A DNA stretch of 64,000 bases from the human T2T-CHM13v2.0 reference genome, Homo sapiens. Both the position numbers and the translations under genes were made by a program. Of this stretch, positions 35,200 through 55,196 are shown one piece after another (the first letter of the stretch is position 1; every line of letters starts with the position of its first letter). The notes under the pieces were generated by a model that ran no database searches, was not told where the DNA came from, and saw nothing but the letters and a program-made list of their open reading frames with translations. Location of the stretch: the NCBI RefSeq assembly GCF_009914755.1, contig NC_060925.1; one strand, 5' to 3'.

Positions 35200-38100
35200 C
35201 TTACAAGCTACCAGAGAGAAAAGACAATTTTTCTAAAAAGAAAATTACAAGATTAACTGAAAATGTTTCATGAGCAACAGTAGGTGCAGGAAGACAGTAA
35301 AGTACTATCTCCAAACTAATTAGGAAAAATAACCATCAGCCTAGAATTCTATACCTAAACTATCATATAAGAGTGAGGGCAAAATATTGACTAGATATTA
35401 ATAAGATATAAAGACAAAGAGTGTTTAATACCTACAAACTCTCACTGAAAATTACCAAAACATACACTTCACAAAGGAAAAATGGAAACCTAAAAAAAAG
35501 AAGTAGGATTGAAAAAGCACTGGTGACCAAATAAGACTAGTCCTTGTCTTGTTGAGGAGATGGTAAGAGAAACTGGTAAAATTAATCACTTAGGAAAAAT
35601 ATGACATTAAAACTGTTAAAATGTTAACCAATTATAGAAAAGAAATAGAATATGTAACTATCAAACTAGAAAAGAAAAAAGTGGTAATCAAAAGAAATGC
35701 TACTAATAAAACAGAAAGCAGGAAAAAAAAAAGAAAAAGAAAAAGGGCTATAAGTAGAGAACATTAAAAAAATGGTGATACTAAAAAGATAAGTAGAAAA
35801 CTTCAGTAATCACAATAGATATAAATTAAATACACTGACTCAATATGAGGCACATTCTCTTTTGCAAACAACATGCCTAAAACAAATGAGAAAATTCTTT
35901 AAAAATATGAAAATAAAGGAACAGAGAAGTATATATAGATTCAAAATAGAATTTTTAGAGTGTGCAAAGCTAATACAATGAAATACAGATCATGTTTAAA
36001 AAAATTTTGTCCTAAGTTAGAATGAAGAAAATTGATGATTTAAATAAAAAATATAACTCTATGAATAAAGTGTGTAAAACAAGATATAGTCTAAAACAAA
36101 TTAAGATCTATACTTCTAAATAATGCATTAGTAAAAAGATATCTATTAACATTTGAAAATAGTTTGAATTGAGCAGAAACAAAAGAACTGGATACCAACA
36201 TGGGTGAACTACAGCTAAAATTACATGTGGAAGGAAATTTACAGCCTTAAATGCATATATTAAATTAAATTACTGAAAATTAATGAGTTAATAAATATAT
36301 ATTGCAAGAAGAAACGTTCATCTGAATTTGGGGGCTCTATTAGTAGTTCATTTTGATGGCCATATGCTAGTACGTTATTTGAATATACTAAAATATATTT
36401 ATTCTCTTTCAGAGAGCATTTGGGTTTTTTCAAATTGTTGTTATTGTAATATTGCAATAGACTATTATATTAATACATAACTCCTGTAGTAAAAGTTTGA
36501 GAGTTTCTCTTAGGCAGATATCTAAGAATAGAATTGTTGAAGTGTAGGGTTTGTGAATATTCAATATTACAAGATAATGCCAAACTACTTTCTAAAATGG
36601 TTATACTAATTTATGTTCCAGCAGTAATTTAGATACTCCAATTCTTCCTAATATTTGCCAATCAAAAGAATGTAAAATTCAAATGTGAAATGGCATCTCA
36701 ATGTGGTTTTGAGTTGTATTTCCCAACTTGAAGAGGTTTAATATCTCTTTAGGTCTTGATTAGTCACAATTTTTTCTAGTTCATGGGTTATTCTTATCTT
36801 TCTATTGAGTTGTTTACACTTTTTGTAGTTCTTTTTTATAGTCTTGATTCTAATCCTTTGAAAATTTTATTTGCTATAAATACTATCTCCCAGTTTGTAA
36901 CATATATTGTTTTTAATTTTTTTATATTTTGGTAAAATACACATTACATAAAATTTATCATTTTAACCATTTTTAAGCATTCAATTCACTGGTATTAAGT
37001 ATATTCACCTGTTGTGTAACCATCACCACTATCACCAGAACTTTTTCATTATTCCAAAGTGAAAGTTTATACCCACTAAACAATACCTTCCCATTACCCT
37101 TCTTCCTAGCCCCTGGTAACCATTGCTCTCCTTTCTGTCTTTATAATTTTGACTATTCTAGGTAACTCATATGAGTGGAAAAACATAATATTTGCCCTTT
37201 TGTCTCTGGTTTATTTCACTTAGCATAATGTTTTCAAGGTTCATCCACTTGCACAATAATGTTCCATTATATGCATATGTTACATTTTATTTATCCATTT
37301 ATCTGTCGATGGATATTTGGGTTATTTCCGGCTTTTGGCTATTGCTAATAATGCTGCTCTGAACATTCGTATATAAATATCTGAGTCTCTGCTTTCTATA
37401 ACATGTATTTTGTACTTTATTTAAAGTTTCTTTGATAGAGATATTAATTTTATAGAGTCTTGTTAGCAGATCATTCTCTACCCCAAGATCAAAATGGTAT
37501 TTAGCTATATTTTCTTTATGCAGCTATATGTAGTAATACAATGATGGTTATAATGCTCAGATTAGTGGTATCTTTTTGATAAAGTTAAAAGCAATCAAAA
37601 TGTTATTTTAAAGGAATACATATATATGAAAAAACATTTTAAAACATTAAAGAAGTGATGAAAGACAAGATTCAGGATAGTGCTAGTGGGGATGGGTAAT
37701 GGGACAGAGATGTGTTGGGGTAGGAGGAAACAGAAAGTAGAAAGATGAATGTTAAAGGAATCGGAAAAGAAGAAAAAAATCATTATTCACAGATAGTATA
37801 ATTGTGTATGTCTATAATCAAAACAATATTAAAAATTGTTAGAGTCTTTAAGGTTTGTGGATATAAAAATCTATAAACAAAACCAATTAGGTCTCTATAT
37901 ACTAGCAACAAAGTTAGAAAATGACATGTTTCAAAAATATGTCATTTAAGACAGTAAAAAAAATGGCATACATAGCAAGATGTGCAAGACCCTTATAGAA
38001 AAATTATAAACTTTACTGAAAGACAATAAATGGAAAGATACATTGTGTGCATAGGTTGGAAAAAAAATCATTATTTTAAAGATGTCAATTTTCTCCTGAT

Positions 38101-38330
38101 GGATCTATAGACTTAAAGCAATCCCAGACAAAATCTTAAACAGATGCTGTGAGTGTATGTATGTGTATGTGTGTGTCCATATGCAGGACTTCCACAGCAT
38201 AGTCAATAGTACTTGAAAATTCACAAGACCAAGAACGGCCAAGATCTCCCAGAGAAGAAAATGCATCCAGGGATGAAAATGTACTATAAAGCTACAGTAA
38301 TTAAGACCATGTAGGATTACTGCTTAAGGA
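35200..38330. mobile_element. Cluster of very old L1M fragments on both strands
   Basis: Degenerate L1 motifs, e.g. 'cctagaattctatacct', 'ttcacttagcataatgttttcaaggttcatcc', 'ctataaagctacagtaattaagac'. Confidence 0.55.
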
Positions 38331-38859
38331 GTTAATTATATATTAAGAAATGGCAGCAAAAAATACAAACTACTCAAATTCTATCTTATTTCTATATGTT
38401 CCTTAATATTTGTTTATTTTTAATAGGGTATTGGGCCATGTTTCTATTAATTAATAATGACTAAACAAAAAAGTGTTGATGGATGTCAACTTGAAAGGGA
38501 GTTATGCTATAAAACTCTGTTCTTATGCTTTTTATATTTAATATTCTTAAACAGCATGGAAGGATAAAATATTATTTTCACAAAATTATCTTGACAGTTA
38601 TATTCTTCAGTTATGTTCTCTCACAATTTTGACAATTATTTTCTTCAACTTTGCATATACTATGCACTTTACAAAGCACAATTTTATAGACATTATCATA
38701 TGTAATCTTTACAACAAACCTATGAAATAAGGAAAGGACGTAATTTGAGGTGGAATAAGTTTGAATCTATTATTGCCCTGAAGCCAACAGCATATAATGG
38801 CCTGAATTAGGTTTAAAAAATGAATTATACAAATACAGAAGGAAGGGATCTAGTTTAAT

Positions 38860-39310
38860 GGCAATTTTTAGATGGAGTTGAAAAGGAGCCTTAACATGAG
38901 AAGAGATAATAATAAACAGAATTAATGAAAGTGTTTTAGACTGTTCAATAGTAGCAAAATATCCAATTTAAGGGAAGTGATGGCAAGCTGTACTCTGCAT
39001 TGGTCAGATAATACTGGAATGCTACGTTCAGATCTAGGCACCATGTTTCAAGGCACATTAATATACTAAATAACATCTGTAAGAGGAAGATTAAAATGTT
39101 TAAAAAATTTAAACTATTATCAGAGGAATGGATGAAATTAACCTGGAACATGAAATCTCTCATCAAATATTTTAAAAAGGATCATGTTAATAGAGAAATA
39201 GAATTATTTAATGTTGGCTCAAATAGATATATGGACAACAGATGAAAATTATAGAAATACAGATTTTGCCTCAGTAAAGAGAAACTTTTTTAATTCAAAG
39301 TGTTCGTTCA
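38860..39310 (+). mobile_element. L3/CR1 relic
   Basis: 'ctgtactctgcattggtcagat...ctggaatgctacgttcagatctaggcacca'. Confidence 0.6.
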
Positions 39311-40399
39311 ACTTAAACTTCAGTTTTGGTATTGTGCAGATTAAATATCCAGATGAGTGCCTGACTGTTTTTTCTTATTTATTGAGTCATGACATGCATA
39401 AAATAAAAGTGCGCTTATCTTAGATTTACAGTTCAATGAATTTTTACATTTGTAAACTACCATACAAATCAGCATGGAGTACATTTTCTACCACCCCAGA
39501 GATAAGTACTGTACTGTCATGGGGTTCATAATCTGGAGAAGAAGTTAAGCTGTAAGGGAGGTTCTGAAGCTCTATGAGAGCATCTAACAAGGAACTTAAT
39601 TTCATTAAGGAGTCAAGTATCCCAAGGAAGAGACATTTAAATAGAGACTTGAGAGATTAGAAGTTAACCTGGCAAAGGATCATTTTGTTTGGGACTTTTT
39701 TGCAAGGTTGGTATAGCATGTGCAAGTCCCACCATTCAAAAGGTAAGAGACAGCATGTAATGTTTAAGAAACAGAAACAACTATGAAGGAAAACATGGAA
39801 TAAGAATTCAGGTAAGTAAGTACCATACAAGTTTAGTGTTCCCTTTAGCTGATCCTGAATAGCTTCTGACACTTCCACATAATATTGATGAGAAATAAAC
39901 TACTTGATTGGAACAAACCAAAGAATATAGTAATTTTTCTCCTTATGTCTGAGTTTTCCAGAACCTTCTCTCTAGGCCAAAGCCTCCCTTTCCTAACTCT
40001 GCTCTTACAACTCCTTCCCAGTATCTTCATATTTTATTTCCTACATCTCATGTTTCCTATTCTTTCCAGTTGCTTGTATATAAATATTTCTCTTGGGATT
40101 CTCTATGTTTTAAAGCAAAAGATTTCTTCAAGAACAAAAAAAAAGGTGAAAAAAAGAACTGATACTTTGTTAGGAAACATATTTATGGACTAAACTTTAT
40201 TAAATTAGATCATTTGTCCCAGTCTAGGAAAGCAGTCTTATCAAACTTCTATTAGTTATTAGCCACAAAAGTCCAATGTTCTTACTAAGAAAATAAGAGC
40301 CACTGTAAATTAGAACTTCAAAATCTTTTTCATATTCCTTTCCATTGTATTCCACTTTTTGTGGCATGTTCTAATTATACATTTCTAAAAATTGTAATA

Positions 40400-40640
40400 A
40401 GAGCTAAAATTCATAAAAACCTTAGCCTGAATGAGGCCTTTTTCTAAAATCTTTATGTGTATTTAATTATGTAATTCTTAAAACAATCCATGAGGTAGAT
40501 AACTATTATTATGACTATTTAACAGATGACTATTTAACAGATGAGAATACCGAAGCACAAAAAGGATGAGTAAATTGTTCAGGATCATATAGTTGGTAAG
40601 AAACAGAGTCTAACCAAGGCAATTTGGCTTCAGATCCTCA
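40400..40640 (-). mobile_element. MIR relic containing a 15-bp tandem duplication (atgactatttaacag x2, 40511-40540)
   Basis: MIR core; direct reading. Confidence 0.65.
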
Positions 40641-43600
40641 AATACTAAAAGAGTATTTGTTAATTACTATGATGAAAAATTGCAACTGTAGAAATATCTG
40701 GTTTGCAGAGTTTCTTCTATATATCATTGAGGCCATTCATGGAGTACTTGTGAATTGTCATATGTATTTTCTTGCCTAAATAATCCCCATAAAGAATTTC
40801 TGAAAAGGGCAAAAATCTAACTTCCCTTTTTCAATAAACTCTATTTCCCAACATAGAAGAAGGGTGGTTAGAAGATATCATGGAGTCTCTTAGGCTGTGG
40901 CTCTCAGGAACTGTGGCAAGAGGAGAAAGACTTCCTGTTCTTATAGCCAAGAGCAATCTTAAAGAGGGAGGTTGGTCATAGGATTTCTACCTCTGTCTTT
41001 GTCATCTTGATTCCTTTGGATCAGCCCTATCTCCCACCTTTACCCCACTTCTCATACCCCGCCCAACCCCAGGTTCCCAGTGTGCTGGACTGCTGCCTTT
41101 TTCACTGTGACCTAAAGCACCTTTCCAATACCGTCCCAACTCTGACCCTCTTCTTCAAGAATATGCCAACTAATCTGCCAAACTACCCTGTGTATTAACT
41201 AATGATGCAGTAGTCTCTTATATCCTTGCTGTAATATAATAATAAAAGCATTAGAATTGGAGTCAGATGCTTCCATTTCCCACTAACTATATGACCTGGG
41301 CAGGTTATATAACTTCTCTGAACCTCAGTTCCTCATTGCTAATAAAATAACAATGGCCTATAGAATTTTCGTAAAGAATTTTGCATCTTATAAAGTACTA
41401 GAAAAATACATTAGTTCATTGACATGTCAGTCAAAAACTCTTTAAGAGAGTCTTGTATCTGGAGATGTCTTAACCCATAGGATAAATATTTATGATAGGA
41501 ATGTTAGGTGATGTAGGTAGCTGATACAGGAGTTAATTAGGGGACTGAGATGATCTTTCTGCATTCTTCAAAACACATATCAAAACCAGATGTCTCTTAT
41601 TCCCATATAGCTCTATATGGTAATCAGGTGCACAATTGATATTATATGAATGTATCTACCATAGTGAACGTTTATCCCCCAATCTGTTAGCAAATATAGT
41701 CTGAATTGGGGTGGGAGGACTGGGGGCAAGTCGACTGCTTTGGTTTTGTACTGTCCTAATCAGCCCTTATAACAGTAAATTGTTCTACATATATATCCTA
41801 ATGAACATTAAGCCTCAAAGAAGTTTCATAGACATTTTGGCAAGATGTCTTCATGTAGTACAAACCTCAGATCACTACTGGAAGGCTGTTTTGTGTTTTT
41901 GAATAGCTGAAAATATACTGCCTATTTCTAAATTGCAATTAACTATTGTTTTCTTAGGCATGAGTCATTGAATTTGGTCATATGCCACCTCTGAATTCAT
42001 TGATATAAATTTGTATTCACAAATATTAATAGCAGAATATAATCCACAACCTTTATCCACACAAATTGCAGTAAATTACAGTTCACTAAATTGCTCTAAG
42101 AGGAAAAAAGAAATGGTCATGGATTTCATAAAGTGAATACATTATTACTAAAATAATTACAGATTTGTCACCTCAAAAATATCCAGTAGCAACTTTTCCT
42201 CAAAACTAATCGGGATTAAGTAAAGATACTTTCAGCCCATATTATATATCATCAACTTTATAGCTACCAAATCCCTTTTTTTGAGGGGGGTATTTACTTT
42301 AGAAAAGTTGGTCCTTTTTCTTTCTTCTGAAGAAAAAATAATGTATAAAAAGGAATATTAAAACATGTTTATAAATGCATTAATTTCATTTGTAGAAAAT
42401 TATATGCCACTGATGTTATATAACTATTATTTAATGTCATGTTATAGAATTGTGGTTTATCATTAACTAACAAGAAATATAATCCATTTACTATAGAGAA
42501 TTTGATGTATTTTAAAACTGTAGCAAAAAAAGTCAGTTTTTTGTTTATTTTGCTTTTGAAGTAGTACCCTCCTGAACAAGCTAAAGTTTCACAAGAAAAA
42601 CTTTTTGAGCAAGCTTCCACTATCCTGTGCTAACTTTCATGTTAAATAAATTATATATACACAAAGCATATGTAAATGCTCACACAATATACAAGTTTGT
42701 TATATATTAAGTTTGAATCAGAAACGACCGAATACATTCTTATCTCAGCATAAGACTTAAAAAAGGACATTAAAATCTATGCTTAGTGTTGAGTAACTGA
42801 ACAAATGGTGACTGATAAGATTTTCCTGGAGGCCAAGAACAATAGACACCGGATGGAAACACAAGGATGGAAACTAAGAATTATTCCGTAAAATAAAATA
42901 GTAATCAAAATGTTTGTCAACAAAAGTCTGTAGATCTCTGTTTTAATGACTTTCAGTGCTAGCTAGAAGTGATCCAAGTTTGCTTCCGGACCTTTTACTT
43001 TCTGCAGTTATACAGCCAAAAGTTCATCAAAAACTGATGGGTCCTATAGCGCGTTCTATTGTTTTATGTAAGCCCAGTTCATAGGGGGAAAGTCACAAGG
43101 TGTTGATTTTTAATGCTAATTTTGATTTCTAATGCTTACAATAAATTAAGTCAACCACTTTGTAAGTTCTGTACTGCCATACATCATCTAAACTGCTCAG
43201 TGAGGATAAAACATTTTAGAAGCTTATAATTCATACAGTATGTTTTGATTATTTTATACAAACAAAACTAAAACAGCAAAAGGGAAATTGTTGTGTGGTT
43301 TAAGGCCACATAATCTGGTTTCAGCTCTTGTCTTTGCCTGAGTTAAAGGCATACTCATTAACTTGAAACAATAAACTCAAATTTTATGTCTCTGGAGAAA
43401 ATTTAATTCAGGACTTTCGCAGTATCAATGGTAAATATTACACGCAGGCTCAATATGATTTTATACAGATATATAGGACATATAGGTAAAGTAGGCAGTG
43501 CCAAAATTTTAAATGAGCAACAGATATATTCATATCATTATCTTATATATGTGTACCAGCCCCTTACATGCACACAAAGTTTTCTAGCTTTTATAGTTTC

Positions 43601-44833
43601 CTAGCTTTCTCAGTGCTGAATTATAAGCTGTGGTTGTAACTTGAACATTTATTTAGACTAGAAATGTGGAGTAAGATTGAAATAGTATTAATTAAATACC
43701 ACATTTAGAAAAACTGCGCCATGCAAAAGTCACTAAAAAAAATAACTATCCATCTGAGGTTTATAATAAAAAAGAAATGGCAAAGGCTAATAAACAACCT
43801 CCTAACACCTTAGCCAGATGTGATGGAATTAGACAAGGCATTAACACAGAGAAAAGATAAAAAGATGGAATTTTTTGTGAGTATTTTTTTGTCTATTTAC
43901 AAAACTAAAGTGAGTTAAATTTAATGAAAGAAATAGTAGGATGCAGCATATTGAAAAGAGAAGGATGCATTGTAGAAAAGAGTAGAAAATAAAAGAAAAT
44001 ATCTAGAAGGCAATGAGGCTGAGGGAGAAATAAATGATTTTCACATATAAGAGCAGACCACAGTTCAGCATATATTTCACTCATATATTTGACTCTTAAA
44101 CCTAGTCAAATTGTTTAACTCGTGAACACATAAAATAAGGCTATAAACAGTCAAGAGAATAATGAAACTTAGTGATTTAAAGCAAAATTATACTTTTTCC
44201 ATACTAGTTGCACTATTATTCTTTGGAATGGAAAGGTTGGAAATATGTAATTCATACTGGACTGGTCATTGCGTATTTTTTCAGAAAAAATTCATATATT
44301 CAGTCTGGATTTTTTTTAACTTTTATATTAGGCTCAGGGGTACATGAGCAAGTTTGTTATACAGGTAAATTCATGTCATGGGGGTTTGGTGTACAGATTT
44401 TTGTCACCCAGGTACTAAGCCTGGTACCAAATGGTTATTTTTTTCCAATCCTCTCCTTCCTCCCACCCTCCACCCTCAAGTATGCCCCAGTGTCTATTGT
44501 TCTTCTCTTTGTGTCCATATGTTCTCAATGTTTAGCTCCCACCTATAGGTGAGAACATGTGGTATTTAGTTTTCTGTTCCTCTGTTAGTTTCCTGAAGAT
44601 GATGGCCTTCAGCTCCATCCATGTTCCTGCAAAGGACAGGGTCTCATTTTTATGGCTTGCATAGTATTCTATGGTGTATATGTACCATATTGTCTTTATT
44701 CAGTCTACTGTTGATGGGCATTTAGGTTAACTCTGTGTCTTTGTTATTGTGAATAATGCTACAATGAACATATGTGTGCACGTGAGAATAATTTATATTC
44801 CTTTGGGTATATACCCAGTAATGAGTTGCTGGG

Positions 44834-47167
44834 TGTATTAGTCCATTTTCGTGCTGCTGATAAAGACATACCCAAGACTGGGAAGAAAAGGAGATTTAAT
44901 GGACTTACACTTCCACATAGCTGGGGAGGCCTCACAATCATGGCAGAAGGCAAGAAGGAGGAATTCACATCTTACATGGATGGTGTCAGGCAGAGTGAGC
45001 TTGTGCAGGGAAACTCCAGTTTTTAAAACCATCAGATCTCATGAGACTCATTAACTATCACAAGAACAGCCCAGGAAAGGCCTGCCCCCAGAATTCAGTC
45101 ATCTCCCACTGGGTTCCTCCAGTGACATGTGGGAACTGTGGGACTTACAAGTCAAGATGAGATTTGGGTAGGGACACTGCCAAACCATATCATTCCACCC
45201 CTGCCTCCTCCCAAATCTCATGTCCTCATATTTCCAAACCAATTATGCCTTCCCAACAGTCCCCCAAAGTCTTAACTCATTTCAGCATTAACTCAAATGT
45301 CCACAGTATAGTCTCATCCGAGACAAGGCAAGTCCCTTCTGCCTATGAGCCTGTAAAATCAAAAGTAAGTTAGTTACTTCCTAGATACAATGGGGGTATA
45401 GGCATTGTGTAAATACAGCCATTTCGAATGGGAGAAATTGGCCAAAACAAAAGGGCTACAGGCCCCATGCAAGTTCAAAATCCAGCGGGGGAGTCAAATC
45501 TTAAAGCTCCAAAATGATCTCCCTTGACTCCATGTCTCACATCTGGGTTACACTGATGCAAGAGGTAGGTTCCCATGGTCTTGGGCAGCACTGCACCTGT
45601 GGCTTTGCAGGGTATAGCCTCCCTCCTGGCTGCTTTCACAGGTTGGTGTTGAGTGTCTGTGGCTTTTCCAGGCACATGGTGCAAACTGTTGGTGGATCTA
45701 CCATTCTGGGGTCTGGAGGATGGTGGCCTTCTTGTCACAGCTCCACTGGGTGTTGCCCCAGTCGGGACTCTGTGTGGGGGAAAAGGAAAGTGACCTCACA
45801 TTTTCCTTTTACACTGCCCCAGCAGAAGTTCTCCATGAGAGCTCTGCTCCTGCATCAAAATTCTGCCTAGACATCCAGGTGTTTCCATACATCCTCTGAA
45901 ATCTAGGCGGAGGTTCTCAAACTCAATTCTTGTCTTCTGTACACCTGCAGGCTAAACACCACATGGAAGCCTCCAAGGTTTGGCGCTTTCACCTTCTGAA
46001 GCCACAGCCCAAGCTGTACCTTGGCCTTTTTTAGTCATAATTGGAGCAGCTGGGATGTGGGGCACCAAGGCCCTAGATTGCACCCAGCATGGGGACCTGG
46101 GCCCAGCCCATGAAACCACTTTTTCCTCCTAGACCTCCAGGCCTGTGATTGGAGGGGCTGCTGTGAAGACCTCTGGCATGTCCTGGAGACATTTTCCGCA
46201 TTGTCTTGGGGATTAACATTTGGCTCCTCATTACCTATGCAAATTTCTGCAGCCAGCTTGAATTTTTCCTCAGAAATTTCCCCTCAGAATTCTTCAGAAA
46301 TTTTCTTCAGAAATTTTTCTTTTCTATCACATTGTCAGGCTACAAATTTTCTGAACTTTTATGCTCTGTTTCCCTTTTAAAACTGAATGCCTTTAACAGC
46401 ATCCAAGTCATCTCTTGAATGCTTTGCTGCTTAGAAATTTCTTCCACCAGATATCCCAAATCATCTCTCTCAAGTTCAATGTTCCACAGATCCTTAGGGC
46501 AGGGGCAAAATGCCATCAGTATCTTTGCTAAAACATAACAAGAGTAACCTTTGCTCCAGTTCCCAACAAGTTCCTCATCTCCATCTGAGACCACCTTAGC
46601 CTGGATTTCATGGTCTGTATCATTATCAGCATTTTGGTCAATGCCATTCAACAAGTCTCTAGAAAGTTCCAAACTTTCTCACGTTTTCCTGTCTTCTTCT
46701 GAGCCCTCCAAATTATTCCAACCTCTGTCTGTTACCCAGTTCCAAAGCTGCTTCCACATTTTCGGGTATCTTTTCAGTCATGCCCTACTCTACTGGTACC
46801 AATTTACTGTATTAGTCTGTTTTCACACTGCTGATAAAGACATACCTGAGACTGGGAAGAAAAAGAGGTTTAATGAACTTACAGTTCCACATGGCTAGGG
46901 AGGCCTCACAATCATGGTAGAAAGCAAGGAGGAGCAAGTCATGTCTTACATGGATGGCAGCAGGCAAACAGAGAGCTTGTATGGAGAAACTCCCATGTTT
47001 AAAATCATCAGATCTTGTGAGACGCATTCACCAACATGAGAGCAGCACAGGAAAGACCCATCTCCATGATTCAATCATCTCTGCCAGGTTAATCCCACAA
47101 CACATGGGAATTGTGGGAGTTACAATTCAAAATAAAGTTTGGGTGGGGACATAGCCAAACCATATCA
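44834..47167 (-). mobile_element. Complete THE1 (A/B-like) provirus (LTRs 44834-45192 and 46808-47167)
   Basis: Two LTRs plus internal region; perfect TSD ctggg (44829-44833 / 47168-47172). Confidence 0.94.
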
Positions 47168-47603
47168 CTGGGTCAAATGCTAGTTCTGCTTTTTAGGTCT
47201 TGGAGGAATCGTCACGTTGCTTTCCACAATGGTTCAACTAATTTCCACTGCAACCAACAGTGTATAAGTGTTCCCTTTTCTCTGTAACCTCGCCAGCATC
47301 TGTTATGTTTAGACTTTTTAATGATAGCCATTCTGACTGGTGTGAGATGGTATCTTATTGTGGTTTTGATTTGCACTTCTCTAATGATTGGTGATACTGG
47401 TTTTTTATTCATGCTTCTTGGCTACATGTATGCCTTCTTTGGAGATATGTCTGTTGATGTTCTTTGCCCACTTTTTAATGGGGTTGTTGGCTTTATTCTT
47501 GTAAATTTGTTTAAGTTTCTTATAGATGCTGGATATCAGTCCTTTGTCAGATGTATAGTTTGCAAATATTTTCTCCCATTCTGTAAGATGCTTGCTTATT
47601 CTC

Positions 47604-52989
<5,386 letters not shown>

Positions 52990-52995
<6 letters not shown>

Positions 52996-53177
52996 GACTG
53001 TGAGACAAACCCTAGCCACATCTCCAGCATACAAGAACTTCAAAATGTCTGAACCGCAGCAGCCAGGCCTTCCTCCAGGACCTCTTACCCCAGGATCTTG
53101 CTTCAAGTGCCAGAAATCTGGCCACTGGGCCAAGGAATGCCCACAGCCTGGGATTCTTTCTAAGCCATGTCCCATCT
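52990..53177 (+). mobile_element. Isolated HERV-H internal fragment, gag nucleocapsid zinc-knuckle region
   Basis: Encodes CFKCQKSGHWAKEC (CX2CX4HX4C); DNA resembles HERV-H int ('tgtgagacaaaccc...gccacatctccagca...aagccatgtcccatct'). Confidence 0.85.
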
Positions 53178-53562
53178 CTTGTTTGTTCTCTTTATAGTTT
53201 CTTTTGCTGTGCGGAAGCTCTTAAGTTTAATTAGATCTCACTTATCAATGTTTGCTTTTGTTGCAATTGCTTTTGGCATCTTCATCATGAAATCTTTGCC
53301 AGTTCTTATTCCTGAATGTTACTGCCTAGATTTTCTTCGAGGATTTTTACAGTTTTGGGTTTTACATTTAAGTATTAAAATCATGTTGAGTTGATTTAGT
53401 ATATGGCGTAAGGAAAGGATCTAGTTTTAATTTTCTACCTATGACTAGCCAGTCATCCCAGCATCATTTATTGAAAAGGATATCTATCTATAACAAACTC
53501 ACAGCCAGCATCATACTGAATGGGCAAAAGCTTGATGAATTCCCCTTGAAAACTGGCAGAAG

Positions 53563-55196
53563 CCTGGTACTGGTACCAAAACGGAAATATAGACCAATGG
53601 AACAGAACAGAGGCCTCAGAAATAACACCACACATCTACAACCATCGGATCTTTGACAAACCTGACAAAAACAAGAAATGGGGAAAGGATTCCCTATTTA
53701 ATAAATGGTGCTAGGAAAACTGGCTGGCCATATGTAGAAAGCTGAAACTGGATCCCTTCTTACACATTATTAAAAAATTAATTCAAGATCAATTAAAGAT
53801 TTAAATGTTAGAACTAAAACCATAAAAACCCTAGAAGAAAACCTAGGCCATAGCCATACCATTCAGGACATATGCATGGGCAAAGACTTTATGACTAAAA
53901 CACCAAAAGCAATGGCAACAAAAGCCAAAATAGATAAATGCATTCTAATTAAACTAAAGAGCTTCTGCACAGCAAAAGAAACTACCATCAGAGTGAACAG
54001 GCAACCTATAGAATGGGAGAAAATTTTTGCAATCTACCCATCTGACAAAGGGCTAATATCCAGAATCTACAAAGAACTTACACAAATTTACAAGAAAAAA
54101 CAAACAACCCCATCAAAAAGTGGGCAAAGGATATGAACAGACACTTCTCAAAAAAAGACATTTATGCAGCCAACAGACACATGAAAAAATGCTCATCATC
54201 ACTGGTCATCAGAGAAATGCAAATCAAAATCACAGTGAGATACCATCTCACACCAGTTAGAATGGCGATCATTAAAAAGTCAGGAAACAACAGGTGCTGG
54301 AGAGGATGTGGAGAAATAGGAAAGCTTTTACACTGTTGGTGGGAGTGTAAACTAGTTCAATCATTGTGGAAGACAGTATGGCGATTCCTCAAGGATCTAG
54401 AACTAGAATTACCATTTGACCCAGCAATACCATTACTGGGTATATACCCAAAGGATTATAAATCATGCTACTATAAACACACATGCACATGTATCTTTAT
54501 TGTGGCACTATTAACAATAGCAAAGACTTGGAACCAACCCAAATGTCCATCAATGATAGGCTGGATTAAGAAAATGTGGCACATATACACCATGGAATAC
54601 TATGCAGCCATAAAAAAGGATGAGTTCATGTCCTTTGCAGGGACATGGATTAAGCTGGAAACCATCATTCTCAGCAAACTATCTGAAGGACAGAAAACCC
54701 AACACCGCATGTTCTCACTCATAAGTGGGAGTTGAACAATGAGAACACTTAGACACACTGGTGCCTGTTGGGGGATGGGGGACTGAGGGAGGGATAGCAT
54801 TAGGAGAAATACCTAATGTAAATGACGAGTTGATGGGTGCAGCAAACCAAAATGGCACATGTATACCTATATAAGAAACCTGCATGTTGTGCACATATAC
54901 CCTAGAACTTAAAGTATAATTAATTAATTAATTAATTAAATTTAAAAAAGAAATATCTTGCATAATTGAGTTCACAGATTTTCAAACTCTCTTCAAGAAA
55001 TTTCCTCTGTATCTACATGTACATAATTTACTGGTTCATTGTGCAAAGTCCTAAAGGTATGATATTCTCAATTTTGTGTTTCTATCTTCATCTTGTTTCT
55101 CACCACGAAAAATATGGCATCAGGCTAGGTGCAGTGGCTCATAACTGTAATCCCAGCACTTTGAGAGGCCAAGGCAGGACGAAAAAAAAAAGAAAA
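53563..55196 (+). mobile_element. 5'-truncated L1PA5-7 (53563-54949) with a 3' transduction (54950-55181) and a second poly(A)
   Basis: TSD gaaaactggcagaag / gaaaactggcacaag (53548-53562 / 55197-55211) encloses both L1 and extra sequence. Confidence 0.85.

Noticed and set aside
53000-53197. Zinc-knuckle ORF as a cellular gene or an intact provirus
   Set aside because: Only ~180 bp of gag, with no ATG start, LTR, PBS or pol, and it reads out into L1 sequence.
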